Assembly: GCA_050250255.1 (NCBI GenBank)
Contig: JBFWOZ010000053.1
Location: 1-17,768 of the forward strand
DNA: 17,768 nucleotides
Direction: 5' to 3'
Source: Bdellovibrionales bacterium
GTDB taxonomy: Bacteria > Bdellovibrionota > Bdellovibrionia > Bdellovibrionales > DASUEL01
Shown here piece by piece: positions 1 to 8,791 of this stretch (position 1 is the first letter of the stretch; each line of letters opens with the position of its first letter). Both the position numbers and the translations under genes were made by a program. The notes under the pieces were generated by a model, which had not been told where the DNA came from, searched no databases, and was given only the letters and a program-made list of their open reading frames with translations.

Positions 1-405
1 CTTCGCAGAAATATTCTCAGGGGGATTCCCGCTTCAATCAATAGCCGACCTATACACTCTTTAAAAACACTATCTATCAAGGGTTACGAAACTTTTCGGA
101 CACGCTCCAGCGAAGCTCGAGCAAAAATCTATAGCTGTCCCAGAGAAGTAAGCAGTTTAAAAACCTAGATCGAACGGTTGGGAAGACCGTTCGAACATGG
201 GGGTATGGGGGCAAACAATACCGGGATCCGAGTATTCTCGTTAACGGAATACCTGGATCCAAGTGCTTAAAATTCAAAGAATGGGTAATTCTACAGTAGA
301 AAAAGGAGAGCCCCAGCTTGTCAGAGTTAGCTGCAATATAATGAGCGGTGCGTAACAAGCGCTCGCCGCATCGTTTCTTAATCGTTCTCATATCGGATAG
401 CATTT

Positions 406-434
406 TTGACAAGCTACAGGGCCTAAGTTAGGCT
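406..434 (+). promoter_or_regulatory. Putative sigma70 promoter of the bamA-lipid A operon
   Basis: TTGACA (406-411), 17-bp spacer, TAGGCT (429-434; TAnnnT), about 75 bp upstream of the likely bamA start. The palindrome GCCTAA-G-TTAGGC (421-433) overlaps the spacer and -10. Confidence 0.6.
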
Positions 435-508
435 CCCTGAGAATGAGCGTCTCTTAAAAATTCATATGAAAAATCAACGATTTGATTCGCATCGATGAGG
501 AAAGCAAG

Positions 509-2995
509 TTGAAGAAAATCTATTCCCCCCTTCTGCTGATTTGCATGTTGTTTGTGTTCCTCATGATCTCGACTTTAGGACAGGTGGACGCTTGGTCACA
601 ACCTACGAAAACTTTGCCAGCGAAAAAACCGACGATTTCTAAGACCAATTCTCAACCGAAAAAAACGGCTCAAAAAAAATCTGTAAAGAAAAGAATAAAA
701 GTCGCTCTTCCAGAAGCCGGTACAAAAAAAACTGTCGCTCCTGCAAAACGTCTTGGGGGCTCGCTTCTTTCAAAAATCACGATTAAGGGAAATAAAAAAA
801 TCGAAGGCGATGCGATTCGTGCCAAAATCAAAAGCTTGGTTGGTAATCCCGTCATTGCAGACGCTCTTCGTGATGATGTTCAGTCGATTTTCAAAATGGG
901 TTACTTCTACGACGTCACGGTTGAGCAAAACCGAAACAGTGATGGCATAGAACTCACTTACGTCGTGGTAGAAAAACCTTCGATGGTGGAAATTGCTTAT
1001 GACGGTAACGACGAAATCAGCGATGAGGATTTAAGCGAAGCAAGCGGCTTAAAAGCTTACGAAATTCTTGATAACCATCGCATCAATGAAGCTGTCGCAA
1101 AAATGCAGAAGCTTTATGAGGATAAAGGTTACTTTCTTGCAAAGATTGAAACCAATGTAACCGACGTTGAAAAAAACGAATCGGTGAAACTTCAATTTAA
1201 AATCAAAGAGAATGATAAGGTGAAGGTGAAGAAAATCACTTTCCTTGGAAATCGTAATATTCCTGATGGCCAACTCAAAGCTCGTATGGCGACGCAAGAG
1301 GGTGGTTTTTTCAGCTTCCTTTCGGGTTCAGGATCCTACAAACAAGATATTTTTGATCGCGATGTGCAGCTCTTAAGTTACGTTTATTTCAATGAAGGTT
1401 ATGTCCAGGTAAAAGTGGATCGTCCACAAGTATATGTCACTCCCGATAAGAAAAGCGTTTACATCACTATTCGTGTAGAAGAGGGCGACCAATTTAGCGT
1501 TGGAACAGTGGATTTCACAGGAGATCTTCTGTTTACGAAACCAGAGCTTTTTGAATCTATCGAAATTCAAAATGCCGGAATCTTTGTTTACGAAACTCTT
1601 CAAAAAGATCTCCGTACTCTTCAAGCAAAGTATGGGGATTTGGGTTACGCGTTTGCAAACATCATTCCGCGCACCCAGGTCAGGGAAAAAGAAAAACTTG
1701 TCGATGTTGTTTTTGAAATCGACAAAGGGAACAAAGTTTACTTTGGTGAGATTAATGTTGTGGGTAACAGCAAGACTCGCGACAAAGTTGTACGTCGAGA
1801 ATTGAAAATCCATGAAGGCGAGCTCTATCACGAAACCCGTCGCCGTGAATCTTTAGAAAATGTAAAGCGTTTAGGTTATTTCGAAGAAGTAAACTTTAAT
1901 ACGAGCACGCCTACCGATAAGCCGGATATTCTCAATATTGATATCGTAGTCAAAGAAAGAAACACGGGCAGCATTCAAGTGGGTGCCGGCTATAGCACGT
2001 ACTCTAATTTTATTTTCAATGGTCGTGTTGATCAGACAAACCTTTTTGGCCGTGGTCAAAAATTAGGTGTGTCGATGGATATCAGTAGTCGTGCTTCTTC
2101 CTATACTTTGAGTTTTACAGAGCCTTACTTTTTAGATTCTAAATGGTCTGTAGGTTTTGATGCTTATCAGAGCATGCGTTCACTTCAGAGTTACCAGGAA
2201 GAAAAAAAGGGCGGGTCCGTTCGGTTTGGCCACCCACTTGCAGAATACCTGAATGGTTACATGCGTTTTAAAAATGACTATACAGTCATTGAAAATCAGG
2301 GGAACTCAGATCCTGATCTTTTCCCCGTGAGAACGGTGAATGGGGTTACCAATTCGGTCACTTTTATTCTCGAATACGACAAACGTGATGACAGCTTTTC
2401 GCCAACAAAAGGTTTTGCCTCGTCTTCTTGGGTGGAGCTTGCTGGGGCCGGTGGGCAATCAGGGCTGGGTGGTCATAAAGAATATACGCTGGGACAAACT
2501 TCGGCGCGTTTTTACCAAAAGCTTTTCTGGGATGTTGTATTTAGAAACAATCTTACTTACGGATTTATTACGGCCCCTAATGGTCGTGAACCGCCGTTCA
2601 ACGAGCTCTTCTTACTCGGGGGAGCGAATAACTTAAGAGGTTATCCGTGGTTCTCTGTGGGTAAAAAGAAGTTGGCGCGTATTGGCCCGCCGGAACAACC
2701 ACTCAATCAGCGACCGCAGTATTTAGTGCCTTATGGAGGTAAGCAAAAAGCTTACTACAACGCCGAGTTCGAATTCCCTTTGATTAAAGAAGCAGGAATT
2801 AAGGGCGTCGTGTTCTACGATGTGGGTACCGCTGATGATTACATCTATTTTAATGAAATGCGACACGATACAGGTTTTGGATTTCGATGGTTTTCGCCGA
2901 TTGGTCCACTTCGATTTGAGTGGGGATTTCCGCTCGGTCGGTTGCCAGGTGAATCGCCTGTCAACTTCGAGTTCTCTATCGGAGCCCCTTTCTAG
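509..2995 (+). CDS. bamA: Outer membrane protein assembly factor BamA (Omp85)
   Basis: POTRA-type repeats (e.g. GNSKTRDKVVRREL, LGYFEEV), barrel start TGSIQVGAGYS, NLFGRGQ, loop-6 LRGY, WFSPIGPLRF and C-terminal Phe. Start moved from 482 to in-frame TTG 509: GAGG at 497-500 precedes it and it gives a typical signal peptide MKKIYSPLLLICMLFVFLMISTLGQVDA. Confidence 0.97.
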   Translation: MKKIYSPLLLICMLFVFLMISTLGQVDAWSQPTKTLPAKKPTISKTNSQPKKTAQKKSVKKRIKVALPEAGTKKTVAPAKRLGGSLLSKITIKGNKKIEGDAIRAKIKSLVGNPVIADALRDDVQSIFKMGYFYDVTVEQNRNSDGIELTYVVVEKPSMVEIAYDGNDEISDEDLSEASGLKAYEILDNHRINEAVAKMQKLYEDKGYFLAKIETNVTDVEKNESVKLQFKIKENDKVKVKKITFLGNRNIPDGQLKARMATQEGGFFSFLSGSGSYKQDIFDRDVQLLSYVYFNEGYVQVKVDRPQVYVTPDKKSVYITIRVEEGDQFSVGTVDFTGDLLFTKPELFESIEIQNAGIFVYETLQKDLRTLQAKYGDLGYAFANIIPRTQVREKEKLVDVVFEIDKGNKVYFGEINVVGNSKTRDKVVRRELKIHEGELYHETRRRESLENVKRLGYFEEVNFNTSTPTDKPDILNIDIVVKERNTGSIQVGAGYSTYSNFIFNGRVDQTNLFGRGQKLGVSMDISSRASSYTLSFTEPYFLDSKWSVGFDAYQSMRSLQSYQEEKKGGSVRFGHPLAEYLNGYMRFKNDYTVIENQGNSDPDLFPVRTVNGVTNSVTFILEYDKRDDSFSPTKGFASSSWVELAGAGGQSGLGGHKEYTLGQTSARFYQKLFWDVVFRNNLTYGFITAPNGREPPFNELFLLGGANNLRGYPWFSVGKKKLARIGPPEQPLNQRPQYLVPYGGKQKAYYNAEFEFPLIKEAGIKGVVFYDVGTADDYIYFNEMRHDTGFGFRWFSPIGPLRFEWGFPLGRLPGESPVNFEFSIGAPF

Positions 2996-3043
2996 GAAGG
3001 GCAAAACTTTTAAGATGAAAACAAAAAATAACCGGGAGGTAGT

Positions 3044-3553
3044 ATGAAACAGTTTACTCAAGCGCTTGCGGTGGTAGCTCTTTTTTTCGCGCAGAATGCA
3101 ATGTCTGCGGACCTGAAGATTGGCTACATCGATCTTCAAAAAGCCATTCAGGATACAAAGGCTGGAAAAAAAGCAAAAGCCGACATGGAAAAGGATATTG
3201 AGAAAAAGAAAAAAGAATTGCAGGACAAAGAAAAAGAGCTACAAAAAATGACTCAGGATTTTGAAAAGAAGAGCATGGTTTTGTCTGAAGAAATTCGTCA
3301 GAAAAAACAAATGGAGCTTCAGCAAGAAATCATGAAATATCGTGAGAACGTAGGTAAGAGTCAGATGGAACTTCAGGCGAAAGAGCGAGACCTCACTGCG
3401 CCTATTCTCGAAAAAATGAAAAAAGTGATCGAGAAAGTCGCAAAGGATGAGAAGCTGGCTATGGTTCTGGAAAAGTCTGAGCACAGTGTGGTTTGGGCCG
3501 AGAAAGAATTAGATATCACAGAAAAAGTCGTTTCCAACTTCGAGAAGATGTAA
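3044..3553 (+). CDS. skp: Periplasmic chaperone Skp/OmpH
   Basis: Signal peptide, KIGYIDLQKAI N-terminus, long K/E/Q coiled coil, DITEKVV C-terminus, GGGAGG RBS, directly downstream of bamA. Confidence 0.93.
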   Translation: MKQFTQALAVVALFFAQNAMSADLKIGYIDLQKAIQDTKAGKKAKADMEKDIEKKKKELQDKEKELQKMTQDFEKKSMVLSEEIRQKKQMELQQEIMKYRENVGKSQMELQAKERDLTAPILEKMKKVIEKVAKDEKLAMVLEKSEHSVVWAEKELDITEKVVSNFEKM

Positions 3554-3566
3554 TTCGAGGAGTCAC

Positions 3567-4052
3567 ATGGGTCGCTATCAAAAAGAACCGCCTTGGGAAA
3601 TTGATCATATTTTAGAACTGTTGCCACATCGATATCCTTTTGTGTTGGTGGATCGAGTTGTAAAAATCAATCAACAAGGTACTGATGACAACCGTGAGAA
3701 TAGCGAAATTTTCGCTATCAAAAATGTCACATTTAACGAAAACTTTTTTCCAGGGCATTTCCCTACGCGCCCTATTATGCCAGGAGTTCTCATTGTTGAG
3801 GCTATGGCACAAGCTTGCGCATTGATGAGCTGTCGTCCGCTCCCTCCCGAAGCAAAACGATGGGATTTTTATATCGTAGGTGTGAATGACGCGAAGTTTC
3901 GACGACCGGTTGTGCCCGGTGATCAAATCGAACTATATGGGAAAATCATTCGAGACAAAAAAAGTATGGTTATTTTTAATGCGGAAGCCAGAGTGGAAGG
4001 ACAGGTCGCTGCCCAAGCCCAAATCATGGCGAAAATGGTCGCTATCACTTAG
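3567..4052 (+). CDS. fabZ: 3-hydroxyacyl-ACP dehydratase FabZ
   Basis: [53 protein letters not shown]. Confidence 0.97.
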   Translation: MGRYQKEPPWEIDHILELLPHRYPFVLVDRVVKINQQGTDDNRENSEIFAIKNVTFNENFFPGHFPTRPIMPGVLIVEAMAQACALMSCRPLPPEAKRWDFYIVGVNDAKFRRPVVPGDQIELYGKIIRDKKSMVIFNAEARVEGQVAAQAQIMAKMVAIT

Positions 4053-4063
4053 AGGATAAATTT

Positions 4064-4846
4064 ATGTCAATACATCCTTCGGCTGTGATTTCTCGTGATG
4101 CCATCATTGCACCTGATGCGAAGATCGGTCCCTTCTGTATTATCACAGGTAAAGTTAAAATTGGTGCCAGAACAAAACTTGATAGCCATGTTAGTGTGGG
4201 TTCCGATTACGGCATTGTTGAAATTGGTGAAGACAATCATATTTGTTCGGGTGCGGCCCTTGGCGGATTACCTCAAGATATTCACTATAAAAATGATCCT
4301 ACGAAACTTGTGATCGGTAATAAAAATGTTATTCGCGAGTTTGCGACACTCAATATTGGGACTGTTCGTGGCAAGGGCGAGACCAGGCTTGGTGATGATA
4401 ATTTGATTATGGCTTATGTCCATTTAGGACATGACTGCCAAGTTGGGAATCACAATATCATCGTGAATTCGACGCAAATTGCAGGGCACGTGCAAGTCGA
4501 TAACCATGTCACCATCAGCGGTGTGTGTGCGGTAAATCAGTTTGTACGTATTGGAAGTTACACTTTTATTGCGGGTGCAAGCTCGGTACATAAAGATGTG
4601 ATTCCCTACACTATTTGTCGTGGAAATTATGCAGTCTCCGCTGCTACGAATAAAATTGGACTTCAACGTTCGGGAATGACTCCAGAAAATGTGGAGAACA
4701 TTAACCGTGCGGTTCGCATTATTCTTAAGAGCACGTCTACGGTGGCAGAATCGCTCGAGCGAGTTGCGAAAGAGTGTCAGATGACCAAAGAAATGGAATA
4801 TCTCGTAAACTTTGTTAAAAATTCTAAGCGAGGTATTGCTAAGTGA
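4064..4846 (+). CDS. lpxA: Acyl-ACP--UDP-N-acetylglucosamine (or UDP-GlcNAc3N) acyltransferase LpxA
   Basis: IHPSAVI start, hexapeptide repeats, PQD motif, IREFATLNIGT, catalytic HLGHDC; follows fabZ. Confidence 0.96.
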   Translation: MSIHPSAVISRDAIIAPDAKIGPFCIITGKVKIGARTKLDSHVSVGSDYGIVEIGEDNHICSGAALGGLPQDIHYKNDPTKLVIGNKNVIREFATLNIGTVRGKGETRLGDDNLIMAYVHLGHDCQVGNHNIIVNSTQIAGHVQVDNHVTISGVCAVNQFVRIGSYTFIAGASSVHKDVIPYTICRGNYAVSAATNKIGLQRSGMTPENVENINRAVRIILKSTSTVAESLERVAKECQMTKEMEYLVNFVKNSKRGIAK

Positions 4847-5775
4847 GTGCTAAAAATCTCTCCTCACTTCGTACGGCGGTCATTGGGGTTGGATATCTAG
4901 GACGATTCCATGCGCAAAAACATAAAACGCTAGGGACATTGAAGTTTATTTGTGATGCTTCGGCGGAACGAGCCGTAGAGAGGGGGAAAGAGCTTGGCGT
5001 TGAATCAACTTCCAGCTACGAAAGCCTTCTGGGAAAAGTAGATGCGGTGACGATCGCTGCCGATACAACCTCGCACTACAAAGTTGCAGAATTTTTTCTA
5101 AAAAACGGCGTACATACACTTGTTGAAAAACCCATCACGGTGAAAGTGGAAGAGGGCGAAAAGCTTGTGGCGCTCGCGCGCAAGAACTCTTTAGTGTTAC
5201 AAGTGGGACACATTGAGAGATTTAATCCGGTTTTTGTTCATGGACAAAAGTTGATTCAAAAGCCTCGTTATGTGGAATTACAACGTCTCGCACCTTTTAA
5301 AACTCGAAGTCTATCAGTCGATGTGATTTTAGACCTCATGATTCATGATATTGACTTGGCAAGGGCTTACACGAAGGCGAAATTAAAAGATTTTTCTGCC
5401 GCGGGAGTTAGAATTTTTTCTGATTATAATGATTGGGCTCAAGCACATCTGTATTTTGAAGATGGATTCCATGCGAACATGATTGTGAGTCGTGCCGATT
5501 CGCAATCGGTTCGCAAAATCACGGTCGTCGATCAAGATCGCGTTTTAACTCTTGATCTTGGTGGAACAAGCATTCAAATTGCCGAAAAAAGTGATGATCC
5601 AGCACAGCCGTTAAAGTTGGGCACAGTTACGGTCGACAAATTTGACGCGCTTTTGGCGGAAACGGAAAGTTTTTTTAACTCCATCGTGAGCGGAGCACCA
5701 GTTCAGGTAACAGGCGAAGACGGTCTTGAAGCTCTTCGTATTGCTGAATTGGTAATGAAAAAAATCAAAGGATAA
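4843..5775 (+). CDS. gnnA: Gfo/Idh/MocA NAD-dependent oxidoreductase, probable UDP-GlcNAc 3-dehydrogenase (GnnA-like)
   Basis: Rossmann GVGYLGRFH, VEKP, VGHIERFNP, DVILDLMIHDID. GTG start overlaps the lpxA stop, and the gene lies between lpxA and lpxB as gnnA does in Acidithiobacillus. The family call is firm; the gnnA assignment rests on context. Confidence 0.75.
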   Translation: MSAKNLSSLRTAVIGVGYLGRFHAQKHKTLGTLKFICDASAERAVERGKELGVESTSSYESLLGKVDAVTIAADTTSHYKVAEFFLKNGVHTLVEKPITVKVEEGEKLVALARKNSLVLQVGHIERFNPVFVHGQKLIQKPRYVELQRLAPFKTRSLSVDVILDLMIHDIDLARAYTKAKLKDFSAAGVRIFSDYNDWAQAHLYFEDGFHANMIVSRADSQSVRKITVVDQDRVLTLDLGGTSIQIAEKSDDPAQPLKLGTVTVDKFDALLAETESFFNSIVSGAPVQVTGEDGLEALRIAELVMKKIKG

Positions 5776-5778
5776 CTT

Positions 5779-6918
5779 GTGGAACAAGCCTCTGTCTTGA
5801 TTGTGGCTGCGGAAGAATCAAGCAGCCTTTATGCTTTGAGGCTTTTAGAGAAGTGGAAGACTGAGGGACTTAGCATTTCAGCTTTTGGTGTTGGCAGTCG
5901 CGAGATGGAAATGGCGGGATTCCATCGGTTAGGTCATTCCGAAGAGATGGCGGTCGTAGGTCTCTCTGAAATTCTCTCTCATTGGAAAACGATCAAGTCT
6001 ACGTACTATAGCATTTTAGAAGAATGCCGCAAAAAAAAACCAAAATACGCCCTGCTCATGGATTATCCTGGTTTCAATCTTCGCCTCGCGAAGGAACTTA
6101 AGAAGATGGGGATTCCTGTCATTTATTATATTTCCCCGCAGCTTTGGGCCTGGAAAGAGGGCCGCATTAAAACAATGCGTGCCTACGTAGATCATGTGCT
6201 GGTGCTTTTTCCCTTTGAAGAAGAATTTTATAAAAAGAGAAATGTGAAGGCCACCTTTGTCGGACATCCCATTCTTGACGAATTAAGCGATGAGCAATTA
6301 AGTTCAGAAGCTCAGCAAATTAAGAGAAATAAATTTGGAGTGGCCAGCGGCAAAAAGATTTTAGGTTTGATGCCTGGGAGTCGCAAAGGTGAGATTCGGT
6401 ATAATTTTGAAGCTCAGCTTCAGACCGCCCAAATTCTCACCTCACAAGACCCTCAGCTCCATGTGCAAGTTTTGCTAGCACCCAGTCTTAAAAAGTCAGA
6501 TCTGCCTCTGCAGAATATTTCTTTTCCACTGTCGGTGATTCAATTAAAGCCTTTTGAAATGATCAGCATGTGTGATGTGATCCTCTGTGCTTCAGGGACG
6601 GCCACGTTGATGGTAGGTCTTATGGAAAAACCTATGGTGATTATGTATAAAGCGCATGCTTTAACGGCTTGGTTAGCTCGGCGCCTCGTCAAGATTTCTC
6701 ATGTTGGTCTCGTCAATATCATCGCTCAAAGAGAAATCGTTCCTGAGCTGCTACAAGAGGATGCCAATCCTGAGAAATTAGCCCAAACGCTCAAAGACTT
6801 GCTTTATAATCAACAAAAACACGATCAAATGGTGCATGATTTAAGGAACCTGAAAACTCTTCTTGGCTCTCGGGGAGCAACAGACCGTGTTGCAGAAATT
6901 TTGAGACAGTACTTATGA
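5779..6918 (+). CDS. lpxB: Lipid-A-disaccharide synthase LpxB
   Basis: DYPGFNLRLA, YYISPQLWAWKEGR, FPFE, FVGHP, MPGSRKGE, ASGTATL, PELLQ. Confidence 0.97.
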   Translation: MEQASVLIVAAEESSSLYALRLLEKWKTEGLSISAFGVGSREMEMAGFHRLGHSEEMAVVGLSEILSHWKTIKSTYYSILEECRKKKPKYALLMDYPGFNLRLAKELKKMGIPVIYYISPQLWAWKEGRIKTMRAYVDHVLVLFPFEEEFYKKRNVKATFVGHPILDELSDEQLSSEAQQIKRNKFGVASGKKILGLMPGSRKGEIRYNFEAQLQTAQILTSQDPQLHVQVLLAPSLKKSDLPLQNISFPLSVIQLKPFEMISMCDVILCASGTATLMVGLMEKPMVIMYKAHALTAWLARRLVKISHVGLVNIIAQREIVPELLQEDANPEKLAQTLKDLLYNQQKHDQMVHDLRNLKTLLGSRGATDRVAEILRQYL

Positions 6919-7937
6919 TTTTTCTTAGATATCTTCTTTCACCATTTGCACTTTTGTTTCAATTTGGCGTGATCGTCAGGCAAATTCTTTTTGATCTCAA
7001 AATTTTGAAATCGGTAAGAACAAAGGCGAAGGTGTTTTCTGTCGGGAACATTACTTCAGGGGGAACAGGAAAAACTCCGATCGTTTCTCTTGTTGGTCAG
7101 TGGGCAGAACGAAAAAAAATCACTACTGCGATTATTGCCAGGGGTTATGGAACCAAAGTGGAAGGTTGTCAGGAAGTCTCCCTTTCTCCAAGTGCCGCAG
7201 AAGCTTTTGGAGATGAACCTGTAGAGATTAAAAGTCGCCTCCCTCTTATGCCCGTATTTGTAAGTGCCTCCAAATCCCAGGCGGCCTTGCATGTGGATCA
7301 AACGTTAAGTCCTAAACTCATGATCGTGGATGATGGATTTCAGCACTTACGCTTAGAAAGAGACTTAGACATCGTGCTTTTGGATACGACGGCTCCAGAC
7401 TTCCACTACTGGCCTCTACCCATGGGTTACGGGAGAGATACGTTCGTTCGTTTGCAAAAAGCGGATGTGGTGATCCTCACTAAATTTAATTTAGCTACGG
7501 AAGTTCGGCAGATTTGGCATAAAACCCGAGTGCCAAAAAACAAACCTATTTTTTATGCGGATTATTTGTTGGAAGAGATCACGGATCTACAGACGGGTAA
7601 AAGAATTCCCATTTCTCAGCTCATTCAAAAGAAAGTGGTTCTGATGGCTGGGCTTGCCAACCCGTTGAGCTTTGAGAATCTTCTGTGTTCTGAGAAGATG
7701 AATATTATGGAGTATTTTCAATTCCCAGATCACCATGCCTATTCGAAAAAAGATTTAGAGAAAGTTTATAAATATATTCATTCTACCAACGCAAATTGCA
7801 TTATAACGACCGAAAAAGATGCCGTAAAGCTTGCTCCTTTTATCCCTTTTCCGGTTCCTATTCTTGTGACAAAGTTAAAGTTAAGTTTTCAAAATGAAAA
7901 AGAGTTTTATGAAATCCTTGACCGGCATATGTCTTAA
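6915..7937 (+). CDS. lpxK: Tetraacyldisaccharide 4'-kinase LpxK
   Basis: VGNITSGGTGKTP P-loop, RGYG, GDEP, DDGFQH, FPDHH, TTEKDAVK; ATGA overlap with lpxB. Confidence 0.96.
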   Translation: MIFLRYLLSPFALLFQFGVIVRQILFDLKILKSVRTKAKVFSVGNITSGGTGKTPIVSLVGQWAERKKITTAIIARGYGTKVEGCQEVSLSPSAAEAFGDEPVEIKSRLPLMPVFVSASKSQAALHVDQTLSPKLMIVDDGFQHLRLERDLDIVLLDTTAPDFHYWPLPMGYGRDTFVRLQKADVVILTKFNLATEVRQIWHKTRVPKNKPIFYADYLLEEITDLQTGKRIPISQLIQKKVVLMAGLANPLSFENLLCSEKMNIMEYFQFPDHHAYSKKDLEKVYKYIHSTNANCIITTEKDAVKLAPFIPFPVPILVTKLKLSFQNEKEFYEILDRHMS

Positions 7938-8787
7938 ATTCTTTTCTTATTTTATGCATTCGTTGCCGAGATCGCTCCAGCTGTTGGCGGGAGATTTGCT
8001 GGCCTATTTTGCTTTTGATATTCTTAGGTTTCGACGAAAAATCACGATGGATAATGTACAGCTGGCCTTTCCAAAACTGTCTTTGAAAGAGCAGACCCAA
8101 ATAGCTCGTGGAAGTTATAAAATTTTAGGCAGAAGCCTCATCGAATATAGTCATTTTCCCTTTATGAATATGGCGTGGATTGAAAAAAATTGTGAACTTC
8201 ATGGGCGCGAGAAAATTCAACGAGCGATAGATCAAAAAAAAGGGGTGTTGGTGCTCGGGCTGCATCTCGGGAATGGAGATCTCGCCCTCGCATCTCTCGC
8301 CGTTCAGGGATATCCTATTAATCTGATTTCTAAGCACTTTAAATCTGAGTGGCTCAATGAGATTTGGTTCGGGGTAAGAAAAAAAATTGGGATGAAGTTC
8401 ACTCCGGAAGAGAAAAGCTCTTACCAAATCCTGCGGGGCTTAAAAAACAAAGATTGTGTTGTATTCGTTTTAGATCAGTTTATGGGTCCTCCGGCTGGAG
8501 TGAGCACGATTTTTTTTGGTAAAGAAACGGGGACGGCCGCAGGGCTGGCGCTATTTTCTTTACGTAGTGGCGCTCCCGTAGTCCCGGCTTACACTTTTCG
8601 CGTAGAGAGCGGCAAAACTATGATGATCTTTGAGGACCCTATTGAACCTATCAAAACGGATAATCACGAAGCGGATGTGTCAAAAATGACCCAAATTTAC
8701 ACGTCCAAGCTCGAAGAAATTATTAAAAAATATCCTGATCAGTGGATGTGGCTGCATAGACGTTGGAAAACTTTTGAAGTACGATAA
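7894..8787 (+). CDS. Lipid A late (secondary) acyltransferase, LpxL/HtrB/MsbB family
   Basis: H-x4-D motif HLGNGD, VLDQ, FFG, and C-terminal YPDQWMWLHRRWK. Start uncertain (ATG 7894 or 7909); both overlap the end of lpxK. Confidence 0.9.
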   Translation: MKKSFMKSLTGICLKFFSYFMHSLPRSLQLLAGDLLAYFAFDILRFRRKITMDNVQLAFPKLSLKEQTQIARGSYKILGRSLIEYSHFPFMNMAWIEKNCELHGREKIQRAIDQKKGVLVLGLHLGNGDLALASLAVQGYPINLISKHFKSEWLNEIWFGVRKKIGMKFTPEEKSSYQILRGLKNKDCVVFVLDQFMGPPAGVSTIFFGKETGTAAGLALFSLRSGAPVVPAYTFRVESGKTMMIFEDPIEPIKTDNHEADVSKMTQIYTSKLEEIIKKYPDQWMWLHRRWKTFEVR

Positions 8788-8791
8788 CTCC

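Noticed and set aside
1..168. Open + frame ending at TAG 166-168 just before a hairpin (possible 3' end of an upstream gene)
   Set aside because: 55 codons with no recognisable similarity, and other frames are equally plausible; cannot be supported without upstream sequence.
77..412. 111-aa minus-strand ORF
   Set aside because: No recognisable motifs, atypical composition, TTG start inside the bamA -35 box, and it runs across several hairpins.
350..433. Integron attC site (GCGTAAC ... GTTAGGC)
   Set aside because: No complementary L boxes or internal pairing, no integrase or cassette context; GTTAGGC is explained by the local palindrome and -10 box.
482..508. ORF-track starts at 482 (bamA), 8774 (DUF3108-like) and 14521 (pilB)
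   Set aside because: Downstream in-frame starts at 509, 8792 and 14545 fit RBS position, signal peptide or gene spacing better.
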